34,093 nucleotides of DNA from Atractiella rhizophila (GCA_021432655.1 MU271221.1:45256-79348), one strand, 5' to 3'. Positions 19,728 through 32,421 are shown, counted from the stretch's first letter. Translations and numbers: made by a program. The notes: generated by a model from the sequence alone, not told the origin.

Positions 19728-21132
19728 CTAACTCAGGATAAGAGCCGTAGGTCTCTGATCGCCTACAGAGCGCTGCCGGCCATATTTGAGAAAGAATTGA
19801 TTAAGAAGAAAGTGCTTACGATTCCTACACCTCGTCCTCAGGGTCCAATGATAGATATCTAGCAGGTCCAGCTTCCAAGCGGGGTAACGAACAGCCATAG
19901 CATCGTCCCAAAAAGTATCGTCGCTCCCCGGAACCCGAATCTTGTACGTTAGAGCTTCCTTCCCCTCCCGAATGCATGCTTTGAGAAGCTGATTCAACAA
20001 CAAGTTGCCGTCTGTGTGATCCAAAGAGCGGCGATTCAAGACCTCTCGGAGCATCTCCTGAAAGTCAGGCTCTTTCCATATCCGTGGCTGGTTCTCAGGC
20101 TGACTCGCATAATGTAACCTGGGAGACGAGATAGCAGTACGCTGAATGCGGAGAGCGAAGGAAGCTGCGTCGCCATCGATAACGAGAGAGGACGACATTC
20201 TTCCTTTCAATGGACGTGTGATGGAAGGGCAAGAAAGACTGCATGCAATCTTTCCCTCATCCCCCAGCTTCCAGCTGTCGTAGACAATCGTATATCCACG
20301 GTCCTGGTACTTCTCCATGCACTTCTTTTCACGATCTTGGAGCGGATGTTGCAGAGATTCTCGCAGCTCGTAGCCACTATGCTTGAAGGTGAGCACGGGA
20401 TAGAGTACTCGAACGTAATCATGGGCAATGTAGTTCATCTGCATCCTGCCGTCAGAATCACTGGCGTGATTACATATATAAGTTAAGAGAGACGACGAAC
20501 AACGACTGTAGAATGAAAGCAAGTGATGCAATGTCTCGGATCTTTATGGTGGCATTCGACGACGTCCACTTTGACCTTCTCGCCTGTTGATTCCCTCGTC
20601 TTGGTCATGCCGCTCACATTCTTAGGGCATGTGATATAATTCGGGTTGTTGTCGTAAGGATGTGGACGCGTCCAGTCGTTCGACGGTTGGTACCCTTCCT
20701 CGTCGACGAGATACCGGACTAGAGCATCGGAGTGACCGACTGGCACATAAATATCGAGGTCTTTAGCGGACCAAGATTCATCCCCTGAGATGAAGGACAG
20801 TGCCGTTGACCTTGAAATGTTCTTACATAAGCGACAGAAGGAAGGAAAATGTGTCCGGTAACTAACCCGGAAATGATGGCTCCTGTCACTCGCATGGCCT
20901 CCCTGAATTCCTCAACGTCGTCCATATACCTGCCGACATACGTCTTGAACTTTGTTTCGAGGTAATCATCGATCTTTTGTCTCCAAAAACCTTTATTCAG
21001 TTTTCGTAGCTTCCCCAACGCCCAGAGGGGTAGAATGCCGAGGATGTAGAAATCAAATATCTCAATAGGAAGGTTGGAGAAGAGACCAGCGTTAGTGGCC
21101 GTAACCTCTGGGTCGACTTGTTGAGACGACAT
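19728..21132 (-). CDS. F-box-like plus Pol-beta-superfamily nucleotidyltransferase-like protein, 428 aa; exons 21132-20867, 20810-20501, 20438-19728
   Basis: Introns GTTAGT..TTCAAG (56 nt) and GTTCGT..CTGAC..TGCAG (62 nt) give FREAMRVTGAIISGSTALSFISGDESWSAKDLDIYVP...KVKVDVVEC...CFHSTVVMNYIAHD..LYPVLTF..EKYQDRGY. The N-terminal LFSNLPIEIFDFYILGILPLWALGKLRKLNK is F-box-like. Confidence 0.85.
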
Positions 21133-22038
21133 ATTGCTGATGGTGCAGACTAAGACTTCAAAACGTTGTTTAGCGCTTGATCAAACGAGAGTAGAGTTCT
21201 ACTTGACAGAGGGTCAACAGCCTGCTTCCTTTGTTGCTTGAACCTTCAAGAGCACATTTGACAAGTGCTGAGAAAAAATCAAGCCAAGCTTCAGGTCATA
21301 CCATTTGAGCCCAGACGGCATCAGGGCAAAGAGTGCCAATGCAATTCGTTCAAATACTTGTACAGTACAAGGCACAGACTCGCTATTGAACTGGTCGGTA
21401 CAGGGCAGTTTATCTTGAGACGCGACAGCTTTGTGCACGTCAAAGCGACAGGAGATGATTTCCTCAGCAGCACCACTCAATAAAGGTATCACAACCAACA
21501 CAAGACAACGCGTCATTTGAGAAGACAACCTCACAAACCACTATCATCTTTCCTGAGAAACAAAACACGCACCTTTACACCAGAGCTGCTTGTGTAGAGG
21601 CTGCTGCAGGCGAATACGAACAAGAATGAGGGTGTCGTCTTTGACTTCTCGTGCAGCTGCGCGTTAATACATTCTACCAGACACTTTATGATTCCCCCGT
21701 CGGAAGTCAAAATAGCTTTATCGCTGGAGAACTGTTGTACTGGGGAGCAGTTCCCATTTATTGTGACAAGTCAACCAACATGAAGCGACACCACGTACTT
21801 CGCGTTCGCACAAACACAAGTTGAATCGTTGCCCAGGAGTCTTCATTGCTTTTCATCAAATACATTCAGTTGCGTGGAGGTGAAAGAGAGAGTGCAGTAG
21901 TTCCAACCAAATGGCAACAACGCTGCACTTGCGCTTTCATCCCGAGAAGCGGCGTATGAACCACTACAACGATGTGGAAGATACAGGCACAAGTGCAATC
22001 ATGAGAATAGGTTGAGAACATGAAAATAAGAGATGAGT

Positions 22039-25000
22039 TCAGTCATCATCGATAACGATTGTCTCCACCTTCTTCTCTCCTTGCGTGCCACTTTGAGGTG
22101 TCTGTGTCGATGCCCCAGGAAGAGGGTGTGGTGCAGTGGCTGAGTTCGGCACACCTCTTCCTCTTCCAACATTCCCGCCTCCTCTCCCCCTTGCCGCTCC
22201 TGTGGCAGTGGATCCCAATGGTCGAAATGTAAGACCACCGCCGCCAGTCTGTCCGAAGCTCTTCCTTTCGTTCGTGGAGGAATAGTAGGAGGCTTGTGGA
22301 GCTTGAGTTGCAAGTGGTGGCGTCTGCTTATATGTTTGAGTGTGAGACTGGGAGTAGGTACCCGAGAATGGACGTGGAGGCACTGTTGCTGTCGCTCTCG
22401 GTGCTGTCGACGACGCCGGCGTTGTCCCTTGAGCTGGGGGCAGGATTCGGCGGAGTAGAGATAGGTGCAGTGCGATATTGCTGGGAGGAAGAGAATGGAA
22501 CCCTTCCGGTTCCACTTGCTGCTCCTGAAACCGTGCGAGCTGGTGTTGGGGCTCCTCCTCTCCCAGTAGCCGCAACACTCCCTCTCCCAGCTCCCACATT
22601 TCCGGTTGCAGCGTACGTCGGCCTATATGATGACGATGACGCATTAGAACTTCCAACTGCGATTTGAGGTTGTGCGCCTTTGAGTGGACTTCCCGCCATA
22701 ATTTGCGATTGGGCACCTTTGAAAGAGCTGCTATCCGTCCTTGTCAACGGCGCTCCTCTTCCCGCTCCGGCTCCAGAGGTACCTCCTCGACCGGAAATCA
22801 CGACACGACCTCGGACTGGAGGATTCATTCGCGCTCTTTTGACAGGTGGGGCAGATGGCCTGGCTGCTTGAGCCTGAGATGTTGGCGCAGAAGGAGCGAC
22901 GGGCATGTATGACTTGGCGGGAGCATTTTTTGGGGCAAGGAGATGCAGGTATTTGGGAGGTGGCTGCACTGATTTCTGTAGCAACGTGCAATGTGTTAAG
23001 CCTAGAAGATAGACAAGAGGGAGAGAACAGCGTACTTGGACAGCATATTTCTTGTCCCTTTCGTCCTTGTCGATCTTCCCTTCAAGCTTCTTCATTTCTC
23101 TCCAGACGTTTTCAGGCACAGAAGTTAACATCATGTCTACTGGCACCATCGGATCTGGTGTTGCATCTGTCATCGATGGCTGAGACGGATCAGAAAGACC
23201 CGAGAGAGAGATATAGCGACGCTTCTCCTTGTAACCTGGAGGAGGGATGTAGAACGACAGACGGCATTTTCGGAGACGTGTTAGTCCAGGAGGTGGCGCA
23301 CCGTTCTCTGTCAACGAAGACGGTGATGGTTCTCGATCTTCCCTGTTCTCCACAGTCGCTGGCACTTCAGATACAGGTTTATCCTTCGACGCCTCCTCTT
23401 TGCTTGCAGGCGAGTCTGGCTGCCCATTCGGATTCTCATGCCCTTCCTCCTTCTTAGTCTGATTTTCTCCAACTTGTACCCCTTCCTCTCCTCTCTCCGT
23501 ATTGACCCCCCTCGACGCTCGCTCGTCCGACATGGACGGGGGATCAACGTCCATACTATCCACCTTCTTGCTTACGTTCGTTGACGCCGCCATAGCTGTC
23601 TCTGCACTAGGTTTCCCTAACAAGGAACCTTCCGTGGCACCCCCTTCTTCCGATACATCCTTCTTGGATTCTGTGCCTTTCGGCTCTTTATGACCCTCGC
23701 TCTTAAGGTCTCCCTCAACCGCAGACGACTTCTCCAGCTCCTCCTCCCCACGTTTCCTCTTCTTTGAGTTTCCATCCCCCGTCCATTCCACCTCCTCAGC
23801 AGTAGATTCCTCCACCACGACATTCCCATGCTCATCCAGCTCCACAAGTCTAAACTCGGAGGGGAGGACAAAGAGATCCTTTGAGGGAGGAAAAGCGAAA
23901 ACTAGGACCTTCTCGACAGGCTTAGGCGGCCCTTTAGAAGTGTCAGAATTCTTTAGTGGAGATGCAGCCTTGGCAGCCAATTCGTTTTTGGTAGCAGGAG
24001 CAGTGGGAATAAAATTCGGAAGCGCTGTGGTCTGCTGGGTCGCACCAGAAGTTGACGCAGGGACAGCAGTGGTCGAAGTTTGAGCCGCCTGTTTCGCCCT
24101 CATCCGCTTCTGCCCCTCCCTCAACATCCCGACATATCTACCTAACGCGCTCAACTGATCGCTCGACGCCTGATTCTGTGCCGCTAGCGTGAGGATTTTG
24201 GCGAGGAGAGGATCGGAGCGAGCTTTGGATTGGAGGAGGGTGACGAGTTCGGATTCCGAGATCTCTTCGTCCACCGATGCACCAGGTCGGGTTTGAGGTG
24301 GCGGAGGTGTAGGTTTGGGAGGTGCTGGCGAGGGTGTAGGCGGGGGAGGAGATGGTGTGAGGTGGGAGAACACGACGTCCTGTTGGATCGGACCAAGAGT
24401 GATAGTAACTACATCAGCTACCCCTCCACCTTCCGGGAGTGGAGACAGAGCGGTTAGCGTGTGATGCCCTGTGGTTGAATAAGAGGGGAAAGCCTTGGTA
24501 GTCAAGAAGAGACGAGTGCGAGTGAGAGCTGCGAGGAGGACGTTACTGTTTCTAGACCAGAAAGCATTGATTAGTTTTTCGTGCTCCCAGAGTAAAGGAT
24601 TGGATGGTCTTTGCAGTTGACGAAACAATCACAATGTTGCTTCAATATGCTGACGCAGAAGAATAAAATGAAACCCAGTGAAAAAATAAAGGGATATTCT
24701 AAACACTCCTTTGCAATCTAAAGAGAAAAAAATATACTGTTTGAGGTCATAATCGATCAACGCGCTCATCTACGCGTTTCATCCAAAGTACAGAGAGGTG
24801 GGAACGAGTTCTTCCGTTCAAGATTATTTCCTGAGTAACAGGTGATACAATTGCGCGGAAGATTACACAGAACCTTCGAGGTTATAAAAACCCCAGCCGA
24901 TTGTGGAGTCTTTCCACCATAAATGAGAGAAGGATATCAACAAACCTCCATGCCGCGGCCGCGATTTGAGCCATAATCAGGCATTTTCGAGGTTCTGAGC

Positions 25001-25228
25001 TGTTGAGGTATTCAGACCCGCGAGCTCTAGCACCTTGCGCAAGGGAACTTAATGAGAGACATATAGGAAGCCAATATAATGTCTCCTCCCAAAAGCATTC
25101 AAGAGACAAGTCCGAATAGATTCAGAAAACTGGGGAAACAAGGGAGACACTCACGACTCCTCGATGGTCTTCGTGTCTTTCGTAGGCCACGGTGGCAAAG
25201 GCACGGGAGTTGTTGGCAACGGCTCCAT
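22039..25228 (-). CDS. SWC3: SWC3-like subunit of the SWR1 chromatin remodelling complex; exon 1 is 25228-25155, then a long first intron
   Basis: Spliced TIEESNVLLAALTRTR, ITLGP, LVTLLQSKARSDPLLAKILTLAAQNQASSDQLSALGRYV and VLVFAFPPSKDLFVLP recall the ordered Swc3 blocks (from memory, not searched). Intron at about 23036-22977. RGG-rich tail ending ETIVIDDD* after one frameshift at 22436-22440. Confidence 0.65.
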
Positions 25229-26221
25229 TGTTCCTCGCGCTGCTCACTGGTCTGACATTTCTGCTCACCAAGGAAGGAAGTAATGCAATGGGCAACGCTC
25301 CCCTTGTCTTCGGATAAGGTTTAGCAGTTCCGTCCGAGCATTACTTTTCCTGCACGCAGGACGATTCGTACTATTAGCAGAGGTGTACAGAAGCTATGAA
25401 ACATAGGTGGAGAGTAACAAAGAGAAAGAGAAAGAGTGTCATCCTTCAGTACTTCAGTTCCCTTGCTGGCTCCGCCATCAGAGTATTCGGCATTTGAAAG
25501 CCTAATGCCTGCCCAGAATCATTTCCATGCAAACTCTGTTAGTAGTTTGGGAAGTAGCAGATGAAGGGAGGATGGAAACATGTGGATTCCAGGCTACAAC
25601 GCCTAGTTCGTTGCTGAAATGCCGGCTAGTTTGCAGTGATATCACAAATCACCGTATGCTAGAAACTCATGCACCTTGACTGAGTACCGAGTGCCGTTGA
25701 AACGTTGAAATGGCATGCAACGGTACAGTCGTTTGGATAGACGATGTTATTTCAACCCGACGCTAACTTGGAGGCATGTTTGGTGATCTTATGACTGAGA
25801 AACGGTGGACACATTTGCAGAAAGGACTACGTCTACTTCTAGTCCCGTTAGACGTTGAGGATCATCCGTTGGAGCATAAATGGTTCCATTTAGTTGTAGG
25901 CATCACGCGCTGCAATCCTCGTCGCATTCCTTGAGGGGGTGATCTCTCAGTTTTGTGTTGAGCCCTAAGTCTATCACCTCAAATTGTTAACTGAAACCTA
26001 TAACTGCACCATAAGTCGGTTGACAAGATACTAGCAAGGTCAGTATTAGGGCACAATGGTCAATGCTTTTGGATTTCAAGATGAACGATGGTCACGGTTG
26101 CAACATCAAACACAATCTACAACACCAAAGAATCAAACTAAGTAAACGCAAAATGCACACGAACGACGGTACCAGTACTGAAAAACAACGACAGCACCCC
26201 AAAATTCCAGATCTTAGACCA

Positions 26222-27856
26222 TCAGACCTCGTAGTTTTGTACACTCGAAGTAGACTCTCCTTTCTTCTCCTGAAACGAATGCGAAGAATGCACGGTTTCT
26301 AACTGCACTGACTGTTCTATTGCATCAGCCTGCTGCACAGATATTTCGGTGACCTTCCACCGCCTTCTCAGCTCCTTTTCATTGGCATTATGAAGGAGAC
26401 ATTACAAGGATTTGGTCACGGAATCGGCCGCGTGGGAGTTCTCGCGAAGGATACGTGTTCTTCTGCTCGTGACTTATTGAAGACATATTGGTGGCAAAGG
26501 ATGCTTCGTAGAGAACGAGCGCCGCCATCACGTACACCTTTGCAATGAAATATCCAACCCCTGCCCACAAACCTGAGCGCTGTACGTCGACGTCAATGGA
26601 ATGGTCAAGATGAAGAGGATGACAAACCGGTTTGATGATAATAAGCAGCAGCTCCAGGATCTAAATTTCTGTAAGCTTCTATTGGGGCCAAGGACGGTCA
26701 ACAAACCTGTAATAGCGTTGGTATTAGTCCAGTTTCGAGGGTTAGTGTGCTAAGGTTCTTTGAGCGACGGATAGTAAATCCCAAATCAAGCCTGAGCTTA
26801 CATAAACTATTTAAAACTGATCAGTCGATAACTCAATGTCAAAAGAAGACGCACTTTTGAAGCCATGAAGTTGGTCTTGTCGAAACCTGACTTCGATTGA
26901 TGTTGTCTGAGATGATAAACCATGCAAGCGCAGAGGATCACATCAACCACGGACGCACCTACCGAACAAAAATTTCAACCATTTGTACGAAGGTAAAAAA
27001 GAGAACTTACAACCCAGACCTAATATTCCTGGGACTAACAGACGTGGAAAGTAGTTGATAATCGGACGTGCCTCACCAAGGGCGTAGAGGACGAATCCGA
27101 CCAGCTGTTACAGCATGTGAGTTCCTTTACTTGGCTATGGCACGGGGGAGATTGCACCGAAGCGATTATAAATAATCCCGCGACACAGAGACACCTTTCC
27201 TTCTGTTAACTCAATTCTACGAGGAGGGAACATGTCTTACCCGTATGTGACGAGCTTCGCCCTCTCATGGGACGGGTTGAACTTCGCCATGCCCCTTGAT
27301 AAACGTTATGAACGGCCAGAATCTAAAAATGCTTGAGAACATGAGAGAATTGACGAACCGAATGATCCGTAGGATGCGGTATATGTAGAGCAGTTGGACA
27401 TACACCGTGAGAGAGCCTTGAAAAGCTGTGAGTGGGACTATCCAACCACCATTTGTGAAAATCAATATGTTAAACAAGTGAAAAAGCCTACTGATGGCTC
27501 GATCAGCGGGTTTGAAAAACAAGAGCGGCCCGTCGAGAGCAGCACTCTGCATGTAGCGGACGAAAAGAACGAATTTGACCACGCTGCTCTTGGCATCATT
27601 GGCTGGGCAAATAAGGCAAGGGAGGTCCATACGTGTCCCCCAAGTTGAGCCAGAACAAGATCACTAGTATCCACCAGGACCTAGAGTACGAGGTCGCGCG
27701 TTCGTGCATGATCGTAAATACATGCAAGAACTGATGGGCTGTTATCCCGAACAAGATAAAACCTATGGAGGCTCCAACGACGACCGGCACAATGTGGAGT
27801 CGGTAGTCCTCCTTCCTCCACTGCACGAAAGTCTGAACTGGCGCTTCAGTGCTCAT
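26222..27856 (-). CDS. Multi-pass membrane protein of DUF6534 type (basidiomycete family), many short exons
   Basis: VVVGASIGFILFGITAHQF..WILVILFWLNLGDT, SLTVYVQLLYIYRI, ASVVDVILCACMVYHL..KSGFDKT, LTLETGLIPTLLQ, YFIAKVYVMAAL. Last exon VTEISVQQ...NYEV* follows a GTAATG..GCTGAG..AAG intron. Confidence 0.75.
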
Positions 27857-29998
27857 GTTTACGACGGCGACGAGGAAAGGAGACAGAACTGATTCCCAGA
27901 CATGAGGACGGTTCACAACTTAAGTAGCAATTCGCAGTCACGTCGGGGAACAGGAGCCAAGAAGGTGTCTCCAACCACACCTCGGGACTCGTTCGCATCG
28001 TGGGGCTTCTACGATATGTCAACTTTCCTCTGAAGAATGAATCAGTGCCATTGCATCTCCAGGTAGATACCGCTTATGACTTACCCCACAGCCGACCACT
28101 GATTCAAACGCCGCTGTCGTGAAAAACCTTCTCCGCAAATCTCAGCATGGCATCCACCTAAATTCAACAATTTTGAATCTTCGAACGGTTGGAGCTCTTG
28201 CCGAAATTCAAATATTACTGAGCCAATCCCAAGGGTCCAAGGTTCTTGACAAGTGCGCAGAGCTTTCAGATTGTCTTTCAGATGTAAGATTTCAAAAGAA
28301 GGCTGAATTCACATTGAGCGTTCAATGAACATTTTGGTTGAGGTCTTCACAACAAAACTCGGGTGAGATCTAAGTAGTTCCGAGCTAGTGACGCCAATGC
28401 CATTATCTGCTGCATGGGTGCATTGGCATCAAACTAAGAGAACAGGAAAGCGAAGGTAGATTGGCGTAGCCATACTGAGCCTCCAGTTTGATGAGTTGAC
28501 ATTTCCACTCATGATTCTCTCATCGTTTCAAGAAACTGTCACCCCAAGGCTGAGGGAAAGAATTCTTCTTAGCGAGCCGAGGCGAAGAAACATCGGACAA
28601 AACCAGCAGAAGCTCCACAAACACCTCTGTACGCGGTCGGGGTCGCAAGAACGTCCTCTATCTCCCCACAATAAGAATCCAGGAGAAAAATCGGTTCTCA
28701 TACTCGGTGATAGGCGACATGTGACGCTTGGGGGCCGATGTACGAGCCACCAAGAGCGCAAGCTTAATCAAGCAACATATTGATTGTAGTCAGGAGAATT
28801 ATCAAATGTGGAAGGGCATCCAATTCTGCCGCCGCTTTAGTCATCGGATGCTGTCGAAATGGCCATCTTTGAACAACGACTGCGGTCCCTGCGGTCCCTG
28901 CGGGTCTCATAACCAGTGGTCACGATCTAGCAACAGTCATCTATGCGTTTACCTTCAAGTTTCAGTTCCTTCTGCCACATTCCCGTGAAGACTACATTTC
29001 GTAATCTGCACAGCCTCGCGACAAGGCGTCGCACCACCCACTTTTGTTTTCTGCAGCTGTACACTATTTTTCTGCAGAAAAAAAAGCATGAAGGTTGAAA
29101 TCTGTATTGGGAAACTAGGGAAATTTGTCGCACATGATTTTTGACTCTGACGATTCGCAAGCCCATGACTGTGGTTCACCAAAAGACAAATCTGACGACA
29201 AAAACATGCTTTCTGAGATCTAAGGATATGGGGCCTGAGCCAGGCATGAGCCTGATACCGATGTGGTTCAGCCAGGGTTCAGCGGCTCGAGCCCCCTATT
29301 ACCGTGCGCCATTATCTGCAATATCACGTCGAGCCTTTGAATTGCTTAGGACCAATTGACTATAGGCTTAGCATTGCGAGCATCGAGCATCCATTTGGCA
29401 TAGGAGCATTCAAGCTTTTTGACAAGCTTTCGGAGTCGAATCACGGAATAATTACCAAACTAGCGTGCTGTTTGGGCACGAACATGAAATTTAGATACAG
29501 AGGTTGCCAACGACCTTCAATCACGATGTCAATTTTCCTGATTTCCAATGATTTCACTTGATTTGGTTGAAAAGCGCGTCAAAATACGATACTGCACAAG
29601 GCGTACCTTTCGGAACTACGCCTCCTGCACTATTTTAAACATCCTCCCGCAGTTCGTGCTTTTTCGTCGATGTGTTGGGATGCTATGTATGGTAGCACAG
29701 ACACGAGGCAGCTCAAGCTTCGTGAAGCTTCAATGTGAAAACGAACGCAACGGAATCTACACAGATCGAGAATAATAAGTGAGCTGTGGATGGCAAGTTT
29801 GTGTGCCTGGAAGGCTGCTCGCACAATCGCATCTTCTCCCTGTTGGTGCTGGCCTTTGGTGAATTCTGTAGCTGTTGTAAAATCAGTTGTATAATCCTGC
29901 TTAGTGGCCCATAAGGGAAATCTGGACAAAAATTTGGAAATGGAAGTGACTGTGGTACGCCTTTTCAGGTTAACTGAACTGCACAAGAGGCAAGAATC

Positions 29999-32421
29999 AT
30001 GGACTGGTCAAAGAAGTGTTCGTAATAATTAGTTTTGAAGCAACTCAACGGTACTTGAGTGGAAAAACTCTGATTTACGTCAAATTTTGGCCATTTCAGA
30101 AGAGACTCCGCATGGTTTCTGCTTTATTATTCCTTTGGACGGTCTCTATTCTACCTTCTGCGAGTGCTCATTTCAACTGATCGCAAATTATGTGTCCAGG
30201 GAGCTCGAGGTCGCACAGGCAAGGTGAATAGAGATAAGGAAGGGTCTTGCATGCGATGCGTCGATATGAAGATCCCGTGTAGAAAGAGGCAGGCAACGTC
30301 CTTAGCTTGTGATGCGTGCAGAAAGTCAAGCCAGGTGTCTGTTTACTTTATCACCTCCATTTCTTCAGGCTCAAAGTCGGATCCATGTAGGTGCGAAAGG
30401 ACCTATTATGCAGGATTGTCTCATCGACGCAAAGGGTCTGTTTTCCACTGTTATCACTAATACCTTTTGAGTTTCAATCGTAGTCTTGGAGTAGACTTGA
30501 AAGGCTTGAGGGATGACGACTATAAAAGCTCAACAGACCTTCTCAAGGACATCAGAGCCCAATTGCCAAAGAAGAAGGCTTTAAAATTCAGTCAGCTTTG
30601 GAAGGACAAAGATAGCGTTGAGGAGATCATCCTTGCAGTTTTAAATCTCAGGGCCTCTACACTACAGCATCGTTTGGTGATGGAAGAGCGGACAAGAAGG
30701 TTTGCAGATAGCCTTCTTTCTCTTGCCTCGCTCGAAAACGGGACGGATTTATTGCTCAACTATCGATTGCAGTCAGCAACGAACAGGACCATCTCTTATG
30801 AGGAGATCAAACAGAATCGTCGCGCTAATCCGAGTCTGAATGCGGACTTCGTCGACGTCCTCCTTTTCTACACTTTCTGCATTGGGTCTATGCTTTCTAC
30901 CCACTCTGAACTTGTTGGCAAATTCGCTTCATTGCGCATGCCTACTCTGCAAGATTTCTATTCCCCGCAAACACAACGTGCCCACTTTCGTCTGATGGGT
31001 AGACTGAAGCACGGACATGGCCGCATGTTCTTGCAGAGGGCTTTCGATCTAGCTTTCATGTCCACTTCGACATTTCGCGAGCCCAGCCTAGCAAACTTGT
31101 CGATCATCCTTCGACTCCTTTTTGCCCAGTGGTCAGGTTATAGCTCCTCCTCCTTCCCTTTGCTCCCTAGTACCCCTGAACTTTTGGCACTTGCGAGGGA
31201 TCACTATCGATTTCTGTGGACACACGGCGATGAGGGGGTGCGAACAAAATTGGTTGAAAAGGGTGACATTTTGAGCTTCCTCATAGTAGTGAGGCCTTCC
31301 TTCCCATCCTTCCCATCCAAGTGCGTCCTGACGCTTCCTCAGATCGATAATTGGATAAGCTCGTTCAACGGCAGCGTCCCCATCTTGTGAGACAAGTCGT
31401 AATACTCCATGCGTCTGTATCAGCCTTGATAAGGTGCTCTTGTGTAGGAGCGAAGAAGATTACAAAGAGTATGCCAGAATTCCTTACAAGCTCTTCACTC
31501 GTCCTCGAACATTCATAGAGATGGAGGTGGACAAAGCGTCGAATGTGCAGCTGCGTGAGTTCTGGGCGTGTACTGAGTCGATTCAACGCCGCCTATGCTT
31601 TTGTCGTACGATCTCATTGCTACAATCAGAGTCCTGCTAATCTACTTCAGGTGAAACGATTCGTCTAAGAGATGAAGTAAAGCTAAAGAACATGCTGGAG
31701 GAAGTATACGAAGTTCTTCTCTACCTCCGTTCGTGGTGGGACAAGAAGTATGAAGTGGTGTTCGTCGTCAAAACTGCGAGCGACTATCAACTCTATCGAG
31801 ATCGTCGGGGCGAACAGAAGGGTGGTAGTGCGAGGGCTTATGAGTTGCATTCAGCGCTCGCCAAGCTATTTGCATGCTCCTGTCGATGGCTCGGTGCGCT
31901 TCATGAGGCTTCCACAGTCTTTTCTTCCGACTATGACATCGAAAAACTCGGCAAAGCTGCAGGAGGGTTTCAAGACATGACGATTCGTCACATTATTATG
32001 TACGTCTGTGCTCTGATTGGCGTTAAGCGTACGGCTGGTCATAACACTCCATCTTGGCCAAATCGTGAACGGGACCCTCTTGCCGCTGTAAGGACTCTTC
32101 ACTAATATGCTCCAATAAAAGGTGTCCATTAAGTCGTATCCAGTTGAACGATCTGCCGGGTGGCTTCCGAAACGTTCTTCATTTCGCGAAGAAACACCCC
32201 GACATGTGGCCACTAGTCACCACGTACGTTGCAACCCCACCGCTCCAGAACGTTTCCTCTCTCGTTGATGAATGTAGAACAGAGTTGTGGAGCACATGAA
32301 GTTCCTCAGTTGGAGACATTACATCTTATCTGATGAATTGGATGCTTTTGAGGAAGAGGCATCGATTACCGAAGAACGGGTCAGCGAACTCTTGCTCGAG
32401 GAGGAGGCATGGCTTTCTTAG
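29999..32421 (+). CDS. Zn(II)2Cys6 fungal transcription factor, multi-exon (start codon uncertain)
   Basis: Removing intron 30337-30390 gives CMRC-VDMKIP-C-RKRQATSLA-CDAC-RKSSQV-C (C-x2-C-x6-C-x9-C-x2-C-x6-C). Acidic C-terminus DELDAFEEEASITEERVSELLLEEEAWLS*. Confidence 0.8.

Noticed and set aside
21214..21534. 106-aa ORF with a hydrophobic start upstream of the NTase gene
   Set aside because: Non-ATG start and splice-like signals inside it; more likely 5' UTR, intron or promoter sequence.
27900..29990. Short ORFs and a 9-bp tandem (ctgcggtcc, about 2.5 copies near 28880) in the divergent intergenic region
   Set aside because: No coherent exon chain, motif or terminal repeats; the tandem is too short to be meaningful.
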